Source: Takakia lepidozioides (lineage: Eukaryota; Plantae; Bryophyta). Taken from it: a stretch of DNA of 64,000 nt. Position numbers and translations under genes: made by a program. The notes under the pieces were generated by a model. That model was not told the DNA's origin. It did not search any database and worked only from the letters and a program-made list of their open reading frames with translations. The stretch is taken from positions 14,446,001 through 14,510,000 of the forward strand of contig CM060732.1 in NCBI GenBank assembly GCA_030704615.1. The letters are read 5' to 3'. This document shows, one piece after another, positions 34,791-46,891 of the stretch. Positions within the stretch are counted from its first letter, which is position 1, and every line of letters begins with the position of its first letter.

Positions 34791-37700
34791 CACCAACGAG
34801 ACCAATGAGAACCACAGTCCGGAAATGTGTTTGACAAAAAAACACCCATAAGGCTTTGCAAACTTACAATGTTTGCACTCACTCGTATTCCGGGTTCTCC
34901 TCGGCATCAATGTCCACTGTCTCTTCCTCCGACTCCGACAAATCCGAGGAGTCTTTGGCTTCGATGGGAGCCTTCACATTCCGTTCCAGATGGGATCCCC
35001 AGACGGATGTGTCCTCCTCGTAGGCAAAGAGGTGCCGGTCGGAAAACCGCCCAGCCCACATTGAGGCACCTGTTACAATGCCATCCACACATTATGACAT
35101 GGCCCTTCAGATGTTATGAATTAAAGCATAACGAGAATTTGCAGAATAGCATACAACAAGATTCTGCATACGTGTCCCACAGATGAGGTCGAGCACTGTG
35201 CCCTCCACGTCAGTGCATGTCTCCATAATTGTCTGAATGAAGGCAGGGCTCCGAGTCCGTGAATACCACAGGGGTTCAGTTGAAGTGAGGCTATGAGGGA
35301 GAAGTTCCGTGGGAACGTTGTTGAACAGGACGTCGTAATTGATGGGGTCGCAGTTTGGGTCAACCAACAATCCCTCCTTTCGGAAAGCAAGGGTGGAGTT
35401 CTCCTTCACAAAGCAGTATGCATCGAACTGCTTCGTTTGCATACACAGTGGGAAACGATTAGAAATCGAATGCGGCACCGCATTTCAAAACTCCTAAGAA
35501 AATGAAAGGACGAGTGCCAATGTCGTAATTACCTTCTTCCCTTCCGACCGAAGGCCCAATGTGTTGATGCACGTCCACTTCTTCTTCAGAATTGGGACGG
35601 CGCTCTTGCGGGTCCACTTCGCAATTCCTGTTTGCGTGTTTTTGCCTCTGCTCGCCAGGACAACCACATAGCCTCTGTCGTCCAACACCATGCGGGCGAG
35701 CCCGAATCCTTTTTTCCAAAAGTCCTCAGAGTACCTGTTCCAAGATGGCAAAGCTTGCAGTCCTTCCACAGGCTCTCCGTCCAGAATATCCAAGATGATC
35801 ATATCGCAAGACCACTCGGTGGCATTTAGCCACTCTTCTTCCTGCTCCTGACATTGGATCGGAAATGGCAGACACGGTGGTTGTCGATCTAGAATGCATC
35901 GGAGAGTATAAGGACAATGTGGTCTTTTCCACTCGAAGTTTCTGACCGTGCAGTGGATGTGTGGCTCAACCACATGACTTGGTGGTTCCAGGTAATTCAA
36001 GGTACTTCCCCAAATTTGCTTTTCTGAAATGAATTCCCTGAACTGCTACGTGACAATGCATGTGGGAATCGCAGGTAATGACGAATGCGAAGGAGCAAGT
36101 CGTAATGCATACAAATTCGTTCGGCTTGTACGTCAAATGGGATGGAACACAGACATTGGAAGACTACGTGACACGTTTCAGATGTGCGTACAAGGACAAC
36201 CTCTTCGCTAGGGACCTGCACACAGCAAGAAGGAGCGTGGAGTTTACACATCAGGAGGGAGCGGGAAAAGCTGCAATGCGAATTGTTTATAGGTGAAGCC
36301 CAGCTGTCCTTGTATGCGAAGCCTGGTTATGAGGTTTGTCTGGGAAATGCGGCACCGCATTCGCATTTTAAGTTTTCGGTTGCACTCTGCGAGTACATTG
36401 GTCTCAACTTTTGCTCCCGCATGCTAACTGCCCTGCAGGTATATGAAATACGTGCTTCTTCAGACAGGGGCCCTGGCTCAAGAGCCCCCGTTCTTCATGG
36501 CTTGGACCGTGGCGGGCCCAAGCTGTGTCTACACACCCGAGATGCAGAAACAATGGCATGCCGCGCATCTGGTTGGATGCCCGTGGTACCTGGACATGTC
36601 TGGCGGAATTGTTGACGAGTCTGAGAAAGATCTGCCCGCGAAAGCAAAAGAGAAGAGAAAGGAAAGACGTGTCCCTGCTGGGCCAGAGTCGGCAAAGGAA
36701 GCTGCTGCTCTGGAACAATCTAGAAAGGCAGCTGAGATGGCACAGAAGACGGTGGATGCAGCTGTGCAGGCTCAACAGAAGGGGTCCAAGAAGCGGACTC
36801 GCCAGCAAGGAGCAGCAGTTGTGACACCCAAGAAAACGAAGAAGCAGAAACAGATAGTGCAGGTAGAGGGTGAGGAAGAGGACTCCGATGGAGACTTTGC
36901 AACCAGCCCACCCCCCGAAACGCAGCCGAAATCCCCTGTGCCCACCGTTGTCACGAGAGGGACGAGAACTGGTTCGGCAAAGAAGGCATTCTTCAACCCC
37001 CCGGGGGGGCACCCTTTCGAGCCAGTGGAAATGAAGAGGCCGAAAGTGGATCCCGATACAGTAGTCCAGTGTGTGAATGAGAGTTTCTTGGCGGCTTTGG
37101 ATGGACGGGCAGCCAAGTTGGCATACATGAAGACCATGGAGGGTCTGAAGGGCAGAGCACTGAAGAAGGCGGCTGCCGAAGAGCCTTCCGACACCCCTGG
37201 GTTTCTGAAGATGGTCTCGTTCTTTGAGAAGGTGTGTGCAGACAAGGATTGCAGGAGGGGAGGAAGGAACTTCAGTGCATTGAAACCTCACCTTCTCTTT
37301 CGCCTCAACACATGCCGTTGAGAGGTGATGCAGTTTCTCCAACTGCATGGTCGGCTGCATGGCCCGAGAATAGTGTTTTGCAATCTCGGGGATGAAGTCC
37401 TTTCCAAGTGCCGGATCTGCAATGGCCACAGCTTCACAAGCTTTGATTATATATTTCGTTCTGGACTTGACCCCGGCTTCCTTCAAGTGCTTAGTCAATG
37501 ACTGCAACGTTTTGACCTGCCCCTCACTTTCCATGAAGAAGCGTTTGGCATGGGCCAAATCCAACTTGATGTTTGACTGCCAACAAAAACATGCAGAAGC
37601 GTTACATTCGATTCATGTGGAAAGATTACTGAAAATTGGGGAAGGATGAGCAGAGGGAAATAGGAGGACGACTTACTTCGTATATCACCTCCACCATTCC

Positions 37701-39006
37701 ATCCATAGTGAGACGATACCATGTCGGTCAGTTTTTGCCACGGCTTTCTGAATGAGCTCGGGCTCCAGCATTTCCGCAAACATGTGCGGATCAGTGAGAC
37801 CAGTTTTCCTCACCTTGTCAACATATGTGCCGGTGGGTATGCACGTATGCAATTTCAGTGACCCTGCAAGGCACACTCTCCAGTTCAGTCCACAAAAGCA
37901 CGGAAACAAAACAGATTGGAAACTGAAATGCGGCACCGCATTTCGAACGTGCTTGGGAGGGTATGAGTATCTTACGAGTTGAGGTCCGCCATGGCATTCT
38001 TGAGCAGGGAGGAGTCTGCCGCCTTCACCTTGAGGATGACACACCCACCATGTAATGCCAGCCAATGTGCTTGGCATGGTTCTGCTTGATGTACTCCCAC
38101 CAGGCAAGAAGTCGGTGATTCCCGTCCCACACAAAGAACATTTTACCCGACATATGGCCGAAGTCTGGATCACCCTTCAGCGTTGCCTCGGAATTCGTCG
38201 TTGCGAGTGTGCCAGTGGGTATCCATGTTGACAATTCATCCGCAGTGGGTCCACGAGATTCGCCGTCCTCATTCTCAAGGGAAACGTAGAAGGCTGGCGA
38301 ACCTAGACGGTACCCTTCTCGAAATGCGAACTTGAGCTTATCCACATCTCCGGGAAGTGCCTGCCTAACGATGGGAAGGGAGGACGGACCATGCGAAGAG
38401 TGGGATTCGAAGAGTCCGCTGGAATACCCTGCTGCCCATAACTCTGCCAATGCTACTATGTGTCTCCTCAACATTGTATCCGCTGCACTTTGGAATTCCT
38501 CTGGAGAGAAATTTCTGCTGGTGGGGTAGGGGCTGAGTAGCTGGAGCATCCCCAATGGAGCTGCACTCTGGGGAATCTTTGCGGGCAATTCTGTTGCAGA
38601 GGCCTCCTCCGGGCTCAGTATTCTGAAGTTTCCTCAACGGTGGTCAGGTTCTTGCTGACGAACGTTGAGCGGGCGGCAGCACCCTCCTACGGTACCAGAT
38701 CGACAAAACGGTCTCGATCCCATTGCCTTCGTGCAGCAGAGACGACCCCAAATCACCAGGCTGGAAATCAAGCAGGAATGGGCTTCAGCTCGTGGAATGG
38801 AAATCGTGTTGCGGGAGACGCTCCGCCATCCCCCTGATTGCATTCTGGCTTTCATTCGTGCAGGTGGAAGGTGTCTGCTGACATTGAATATGTTCATTCC
38901 GCCTGGGTGGGGAGGAGAAACGGCCTGGTCCGGTTCAGAATCAAGTTGAAGGACGAGCTGCTTCTTTCTTCGTCTTTGCTGGAGAAGGGCTAGACCCATG
39001 CTGGCG

Positions 39007-42000
39007 TGTCGCGGCCTTTGCCTTGAGGGCAGGGGGTCGGGACACATGAGGGGCTGCCCCTGTGGTGGGGGCAGCGGCAGCGATAGGTATGGGGGGCTGA
39101 AGCACCCTTGAGTGCCCAAGGCACTCAGGAAGCGGAGGCGCTCACTAGGTGGAGCCCCGCACACCGGGTTGCGGTGGGGGTGGCTCCACAAGGGGTGGTG
39201 GTAGCTTAGTGGGACTTAGTGGGGGTGGCATAGGACTCACCATGGGGGGCGGAGACCTCGTGGTGGGAGTCGTGGGGAGTCTTGGGACTCATCACGGTCC
39301 ATAGGGGCCGTGGTGAGCGGGCCAAGACTCACCGCGACTCACCACCGGGATCGAGGGTCTTCGTGGTGGTTCGCCATAAAATGGCATGGCTGGTTGTGAA
39401 ACCCCCGCGGACAGCTACAGAAGTATATATAGGGAGTAGTAACCCCGAGAACGGTGCAAGCCCGTTGGTGACCAAAAACTAGTGAGTAAGCGAGCGAGCC
39501 GGAAAGCGACCAAAGAGTGGGGAGCTGTTCCGGACTGCCATCTACCAAAGGGAATTCTCCTAGTCCCAATTAGGTGGAGGGTTTTAGAGGGAAGCGAAGG
39601 GGACCGTTATGTCCCGGTGAGCAGCCGAAGCTCCAAGTTGGCCCGGCGGCCAGGTTGGGAGTCAGGCGCGCGCATCAAAGCGAGTAACTATGACTTGAAG
39701 GGGGGAGTTTACCGAAGTTGAGGTGCGCGACACTTGGTATCAGAGCTTAGAGTTCAGTACGCGATCGTCCTTGGGATTGGCCTCATCATGGGGTCGGGCA
39801 AGCCGAAGCGAAAGCGGAACGGCCCAAAAGATGATGATCCCGGTGAGCCCGATGGGGGCGACGTGTCACCGAGGCGGCCGTTTGAGAGAAGCGATGCATG
39901 TTTCCGAAAACGAGGCCGCCCAAGAGCGGGAGGAATCCGAGGAGTCGGAGCCCGAGGAATCCTTGAGAGCTCCGACAAACCAAGAGATGCCTCCCATGCC
40001 GGCAGCCTTTTGGGAAGGGTTGTTGGCGCAGTTTGGCGGGACGTTGAAAGACGTGTTGAAGGCGGCTAATGCCACTTCCACTAAGGCAAAGTTTAAGGTG
40101 AAGCCTAAGGAACCCGGCACCTTCGAGGGCGTCCGAAATCGGAAGGCACTCAACACCTGGCTCTTGGAGCTAGAGCAGTACTTCCGGGCGGCCAAGTTGA
40201 GTGACGAGGATCGCGGTGGAAGTGGCTCCCACCTATTTGAGGGGCTATGCTCAACAATGGTGGTAGAAACGCCTTCACGACCGAGGTCCAAGCCCGGAAA
40301 CCTTGAACTGGAGTGGGTTCAAGGAATTGATGAAGAGACAGTTTGTGCCCCTCAACGTGTCCTGGCTTGCCCGGGACAAGATGAGGAATTTGAAGCAAAT
40401 AGATGACATTCGGGGGTATGTCCAGGCTTTCAATGTGCTGTTGCTCGAAGTCGCGGACATGGCAGAACCAGAAATGGTCTTCAACTTTGTGGCGGGACTG
40501 GCCCCATGGGCCAGGCGGAAGTTGGAGGAGAAGCCACCCAAGACTTTGAACGAGGCAATTGAGAGGGCTGAATGTTTCTCGGATGTCCCTAGGGGTGAAA
40601 GACAAGGCCGTACGGAGCTGAACCACAAGAAGATTCGGCGGGAAGGTGACTCCTTCCGACCGGAAAAGAAGTGGGATAGGCCACGCGGCGATAATGGCAC
40701 GTGGAAATCGAAGGGAGGGCCTTCACACGTCAAGGCGGCACCCGGTGCTCCGAAAGGAAAAGCGGGTGGCGGCTTATGGCGGACAGAAGGCGACCTTTGA
40801 TGGAGTGTGTTTCAATTGCGGGGAGCCCGGGCACATGGCCAAGAAGTGCACGAAGCCCCGGCAATTGAACATGACTCGGGCGACCACGGAGCTGTCGGAA
40901 GATACCATCAGTCGCTTGGTGGAAGCGGTGGTCGCCAGGACTTGCAAGGTAGGCAAATTTTCTTGTGAGTTGTATCAGGAAACTGGCGCCTTACGAAAAG
41001 GGAGTCAGTTATTGTTCGTGGATGGGATAATATCCGGAACTAATGTGTCGTTGTTGGTGGACACAGGAGCGTCGCACTCCTTCATGACACCGGCAACGGC
41101 ACAAAAGTTGGGACTCCCGACAAGTGACGTGGGGGCCTCTATTGAGGTGCGTTCTGCCAAAGGAGAACCACAGTTGGCGACAAGGTTGGCGTTTGATGTT
41201 CCTCTTCAACTGGGGAGTTGGGAGGGACGTGAGAACTTCACCATCTGCGAGATCGATGGAGTGGATCTCATTTTGGGGATGACCTTTTTGAGCAAATCCG
41301 GAGCGGTCATAGATGGCCGCAAGAGAGTAGTCACGCTGCCATGTGGGAATGGTGGCGAGGTTTTACGAGTGTCGGAAACGCCCAAATCCGTGGGAGGGCG
41401 AATAAACCTTCTGTCAGCAAAGGAGTGGGCCGTGGAGGAGGCACATGAGCCCCAATTTTTGCTTTACATTAGAGAAGTGAAAGGAGAAGGCGATGGGGAG
41501 CCGAGCCCAGATTGGATCAAGGGGATTTTGGAGAAATACCAGGATGTGATGCCGGAGGATTTACCAAGCGGCTTGCCACCGCAAAGAGGAGTTGACCACA
41601 AGATTGAGGTGATACCGGGATCGGAACCGCCTGCCAAGGCGCCCTACCGGTTGAGCCACAGAGAGTTGGTCGAGCTGAAGACTCAGCTCAAGGATCTAAT
41701 GTCAAAGGGGTACATCCGGCCGAGTAAGTCACCTTACGGAGCCCCGGTGCTATTTGCAGACAAGAAGGATGGGACGCTGCGATGTGTGTCGATTACAGGG
41801 CTCTGAATAAGGTGACTATCAAAAACCGGTACCCTTTGCCAAGGATCGACGACCTCTTCGATCGGTTGGCAGGAGCGAAGTATTTCAGCCGGATCGACTT
41901 GCGCTCCGGCTATCACCAAATTCGGGTGGCGGAAGGAGATGAGGAGAAGACCGCGTGCAGGACAAGGTATGGTTCATATGAGTTCTTGGTGATGCCTTTT

Positions 42001-45000
42001 GGGCTCACCAATGCACCAGCGACATTTAGCACGCTGATGAACAGCCTTTTCCAGGAGTGGTTGGATGACTTTGTGATCGTGTACATCGACGACATCTTGG
42101 TGTACTCGAAAACAAAGGAGGAGCACCTGGAGCACCTCAAAAGGGTGTTCCAAAAATTGCGAGAAGGGAAGCTGTATGCCAAAGCTTCAAAGTGCGAATT
42201 CGGGGTCACAAAGTGGAGTTCTTGGGGCATGTGATTACACAGGATGGGATCAAAATGGATGACAGAAAGGTGAGGGCGATCTTGGACTGGGAGCCTCCGA
42301 CTTCGGTCCCGGGAGTGCGATCCTTCCTAGGACTCGCCTCCTATTACCGGAAGTATGTGAGAAATTTCGCCAAGATCGCGGGGCCGCTGTCGGACCTTCT
42401 GTGTAAATCCAAAGTCTGGGTATGGAACACATTTTGTGGCCAAGCTTTTGCTGAATTGAAGCAGCGGATGACGGAAGCTCCAGTCTTGAAAATCCCGGAG
42501 TTCGATCGTCCGTTTGAGATTCATACAGATGCATCGGACTTCGCGATTGGGGGTGTACTTATGCAAGATGGACGTCCAGTGGCTTACGAAAGTAAGAAAC
42601 TGAATGAAGTGGAGCGACGGTGGCCGACGCACGAAAAAGAGATGAAGGCGGTGGTGCATTGCCTTGAGCTCTGGCGCCACTATGTTGGTTCCAACCCAGT
42701 GAAGGTGTTCACGGACAATGTCACGGTGAAGTATTTTGCCACGCAGCCCAAGTTGTCCCCAAAACAACTTAGGTGGCAAGATACTTTGGCAGTGTTCGAC
42801 GTGGATATCCAGTACAAACCGGGACGGGACAATGTGGTGGCCGATGCTTTAAGTAGAAAGCAGCAGCTCTTGTTGGTGTACAAGGGCGAGACGGCGCTCC
42901 AAAGGAAGATCCGGAAGGCTTGCCGGAAGGATGAGCTGGCGAAGTCCGTGATGCAGGACTTGAGGATGGGGGTTAAATCGCAGTTCCACTTGCAAAATGG
43001 ACTGCTCCGGTATAAGCAAAAGCGTCTCTACGTGCCGAAGGGAGGGATCAGGGATAGTCTCTTGAGAGAATGCCATGATAGCCCGCTTGCGGGCCACGGT
43101 GGAGCCAAGCGCACTGCGGCACTCTTGAAGAAAGAGTATTTCTGGCCCAAACTGAGGGAGGAGGCAGAGGAGTATGTCAAGACATGCACCACATGCCAAC
43201 AAAACCGGAGCGAGTACAAAAAGCAAGCGGGGCTGTTACAACCCTTGCCGATTCCAGAGGGGACTTGGGAAAGCGTCTCGATGGATTTCATGACTGCTAT
43301 GCCGCTGTCAAAAGGATTCGATGCAATCATGGTGGTGGTAGATAGGTTCAGTAAAATGGGCCATTTCATCCCCACCAAGGAGACGGCAACGGCGCAGGAG
43401 ACAGGGCGACTTTACTTCGCCCACGTCTTAAAGCATCATGGAGTCCCGAAGGATATTGTCTCGGACCGCGATCCAAAGTTTACGAGTAAATTCTGGAGAG
43501 CACTTTGAAGAAGATGGGGACGAGGCTGAAGATGAGCACCGCCTTCCGACCTACGACCGACGGCCAAACGGAAAGAGTGAATTCCGTAGTGAAGCAATTC
43601 TTGCGGAATTACGTGTCGGCAGACCAATCAGACTGGATGGAACACTTAGACGCGGCAGAGTTCTGTTATAATAACACAGAACACTCCGCAACGGGAGTTT
43701 CCCCTTTCGTGTTGGTCTATGGAAAAGCACCTCTGGTGCCGACAAGTTGGGCCGCCCAGGACGTTGAGGAACCGGCAGTAGCGGCGGTACTGGAAGAACG
43801 CGAGCGTTTGTTGAAGCTCGCAAAGTACAACATTGCCAAAGCTAGGAAACGGTATGAAAGGCAGGCGAATCGGAAGCGGAGGGAAGTGAAGTTTGAGGCA
43901 GGCACAGAGGTCTGGTTGAACATCAAGAATTTCCGACTACCTCCGGAAGTGAGTCCGAAGTTCGTACCTCCGTATGCGGGACCCTTTCGCATTCGGAAGG
44001 TTATGAATGAGGATGTGTATGAATTGGAGCTGCCGGCAAACAGCAAGGTGCACCCAGTATTCCATGTCTCCCTTTTGAAGCCTTACTTCAAAGATGAAGC
44101 GCGTCCGAATCGGCATCAAGTGTTGCGTCCGCCACCTATGCTGTTGGATCATGAAAATGAACCTGAGTACGAGGTGGAGGCAATACTTAAGTCGAGGAGG
44201 TTCAGGAACCGAGAAACGGAGTATCTCGTCAAATGGAAGGGCTATCATCATGTGGAGGCATCTTGGGTGCGTGCCTCAGAAATGGGAAACGCATCCGAGG
44301 CGGTTGCAGCTTTCGAAGGGCGACCTCAAAAGCGGAAGAAGCGTTGATGGGGACATCAACCTTGGAGCGTGGGGGAGGAAATGCATGCTTAGCCCGGTTT
44401 AGCTAGCTCAGGAATCCGATTGCAAAAACTTGTATTGTACAAAAATTTGTTATAAAGGAAATGGGTTCCAAATATTGTGCGTCCTATTGTGTTTGGAATG
44501 GTGATGCATGGTATGGTTGGCTAGTGTGTAGAATGCATGCTAGCTTGCAAAAGTGGGAAAGGTAAATTGGGTAATCGTGTGTTTGTGCAGAGCCGAAATC
44601 GGGTGACTCCCATCCAAGGGGCAAGGAAACTTGCGCCTTCTTTGGGAGTTCACGTGCTAGTGCGCACCTGGCGCGTGCGCGTACTATAACTGCGCTACCG
44701 AGGGGGTTGCCTTGTAGTGCGGGCTAACGCGGAAGCTACGTGCTTCCGTTCACGTACTATAATCGTGTAACCTCGGGACGAAGTCGTAGTGCGGCTTCGG
44801 CGTGTTCTCGTACCTCAGGCCAGCATTCCAAGGCGGACCCAATTGTAGTGATTGGGGCGCACGGTTGGTTCAAGGTTATCTTCCTGGTCAAAGAGGGTTC
44901 CAGGTGAACCCTTGCTCAAGGTGATGCCAAAAGCGGCATCATGAGTGATCGCAAGCAATGTTGTTGCAGTAGGGCGATTCGATCCTCGGGGAGGATCGTT

Positions 45001-46007
45001 CCTTGGCCTTGAAGTAGGCCAAGAAGGGTGCACTGGGAGGAGCTGGAGAGGCTCCACCCTTGGCCGGGACTTGGAGGAAGTCGGCCGAACTAGCTAGTGG
45101 AGAGTAGAGTCAAGTGTGGGGTTTGGTTCTTACCATGGGACGCCATGGTACAGAAACAAACTCCTTGATGTGGGACGCCACAACTTGGATGTTCGTTTCT
45201 ACAAAATGGACAAGTCGATGAGGACATCGACTCCCTGTTGGTAGGGGTGTGTGTCGCGGCCCTTTGCCTTGAGGGCAGGGGGTTGGGACACATGAGGGGC
45301 TGCCCCTGTGGTGGGGGCAGCGGCAGCGATAGGTATGGGGGGCTGAGGCACCCTTGAGTGCGCAAGGCACTCAGGGAAGCACTCAGGGCACTCAAGGCAC
45401 TCAGGGAAGCGGAGGCGCTCACTAGGTGGAGCCCCGCACACCGGGTTGCGGTGGGGGTGGCTCCACAAGGGGTGGTGGTAGCTTAGTGGGACTTAGTGGA
45501 AATGGCATAGGACTCACCATGGGGGCGGAGACCTCGTGGTGGGAGTCGTGGGGAGTCTTGGGACTCATCACGGTCCATAGGGGCCGTGGTGAGCGGGCCA
45601 AGACTCACCGCGACTCACCACCGGGAATCGAGGGTCTTCGTGGTGGTTCGCCATAAAATGGCATGGCTGGTTGTGAAACCCCCGCGGACAGCTACAGAAG
45701 TATATATAGGGAGTAGTAACCCCGAGAACGGTGCAAGCCCATTGGTGACCAAAAACTAGTGAGTAAGCGAGCGAGCCGGAAAGCGACCAAAGAGTGGGGA
45801 GCTGTTCCGGACTGCCATCTACCAAAGGGAATTCTCCTAGTCCCAATTAGGTGGAGGGTTTTAGAGGGAAGCGGAAGGGGACCGTTATGTCCCGGTGAGC
45901 AGCCAAAGCTCCAAGTTGGCCCGGCGGCCAGGTTGGGAGTCAGGCGCGTGCATCAAAGCGAGTAACTATGACTTGAAGGGGAGTTTACCGAATTGAGGTG
46001 CGCGACA
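39007..46007 (+). mobile_element. Full-length Ty3/Gypsy chromovirus LTR retrotransposon
   Basis: LTRs 39007-39732 and 45252-46007 (TGTCGCG...CGCGACA); 5-bp TSD TGGCG (39002-39006 and 46008-46012); tRNA-iMet PBS TGGTATCAGAGC 39735-39746; PPT about 45240-45251. Confidence 0.97.
39897..44347 (+). pseudogene. gag-pol polyprotein (Gag, CCHC knuckle, protease, RT, RNase H, integrase, chromodomain) with about 6 frameshifts
   Basis: [48 protein letters not shown] and SMDF/SDRD/GQTER integrase motifs, chromodomain EYEVEAILKSR..EYLVKWKGY..ASW. Start approximate. Confidence 0.95.
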
Positions 46008-46891
46008 TGGCGATTCTCCATGACCTTCGAACGCGAGTCGCTCTCTGGGGATTTGAACTGTAAAGACTTGCCCTTTGAAGCCGCGTCCTTAAAACGCACA
46101 GGGCTAGGCCCGGCAGGAAGACCCGTGCTCGTGGATCGGCTGGGTATGCGTGTTGCAGCTAGCTCCACGGACTCTGCCTGCGGCTCTTCGGATTCCTGCG
46201 GCTTTTCGGATTCCTGCGATCCCTCCAGCACGTCCACCTTTCCGGTTAGGCATGCAAACATCTTCTCCAATCAAGTCTCCTAGCATATAGTCTAAGAATT
46301 GTAGAAGAAAAATGAGGGGGGGTTTTGGTGCTCGATCAGCTGGCGAATCCCGATAGCACGGAGCTCTCACTGGTGGCTGGGTTGTCTGCGTGGCCTGATG
46401 CTGCGAGATGGCAATCTCCTCCTGTAGACGCATCAGCTTCCTCCCCTTCGGCATTGGCCTACGTCCGAAGTACAATTTTCGGAGCTTGCGACGATGTCTC
46501 TTCTCTGGTGCACGCACTCCCTCCCTCTCAGGTTCGAGCATAAGAAGAACAGAGACAGGGAAAAGGGGCGAAGAATGCAGATGGAAAGGGCGCGAGAGGG
46601 GTGACTGAGTAGACACGACAAAAGAAGATGAAACGGCGGTGATGCACCACTTGGGTTCGAAAAGGTTGGACGAAAGTGTCTCCTCGTGGACTTTGCGTCA
46701 TTCCGAAATTCGAATCGTTCAGGGTACGCCTGCGTCCGAAAAACAAACATCATTATCCAACGGTCAGCCGCGCCGCCTCATGCCACTTCAGTCAGATAGA
46801 GTGCAGATATGTGCCGCAATTCCGTTGCTCCACGTGTTCACATTTCCTGGGCATTTCCGTCCCAGCGTTCGATGAGTTGGAGTGAAAATGC

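Larger units (their letters stand above)
34879..46270 (-). pseudogene. ParB/Srx-domain plus beta-class N4C/N6A DNA methyltransferase-like fusion gene, disrupted by a Gypsy insertion (39007-46007) and an internal inversion (36005-37266)
   Basis: Minus exons: about 46270-46008 joined to 39001-37976 (IVRQALPGDVDKLK..FFVWDGNHRLLAW), 37863-37677, 37576-37292. Inverted plus exons: 36075-36292, 36439-37266. Minus again: 36004-35533 (CDMIILDILDG..PSWN..ARMVLDDRGYVVV), about 35437-35172 (RSPAFIQTIMETCTDVEGTVLDLICGT), 35069-34879 (ASMWAGRFSDRHLFAYEED). Confidence 0.8.

Noticed and set aside
36404-37266. C-terminal part of the 386-aa minus-strand ORF as real protein
   Set aside because: It is the antisense shadow of the inverted exon; only 37576-37292 is coding on the minus strand.
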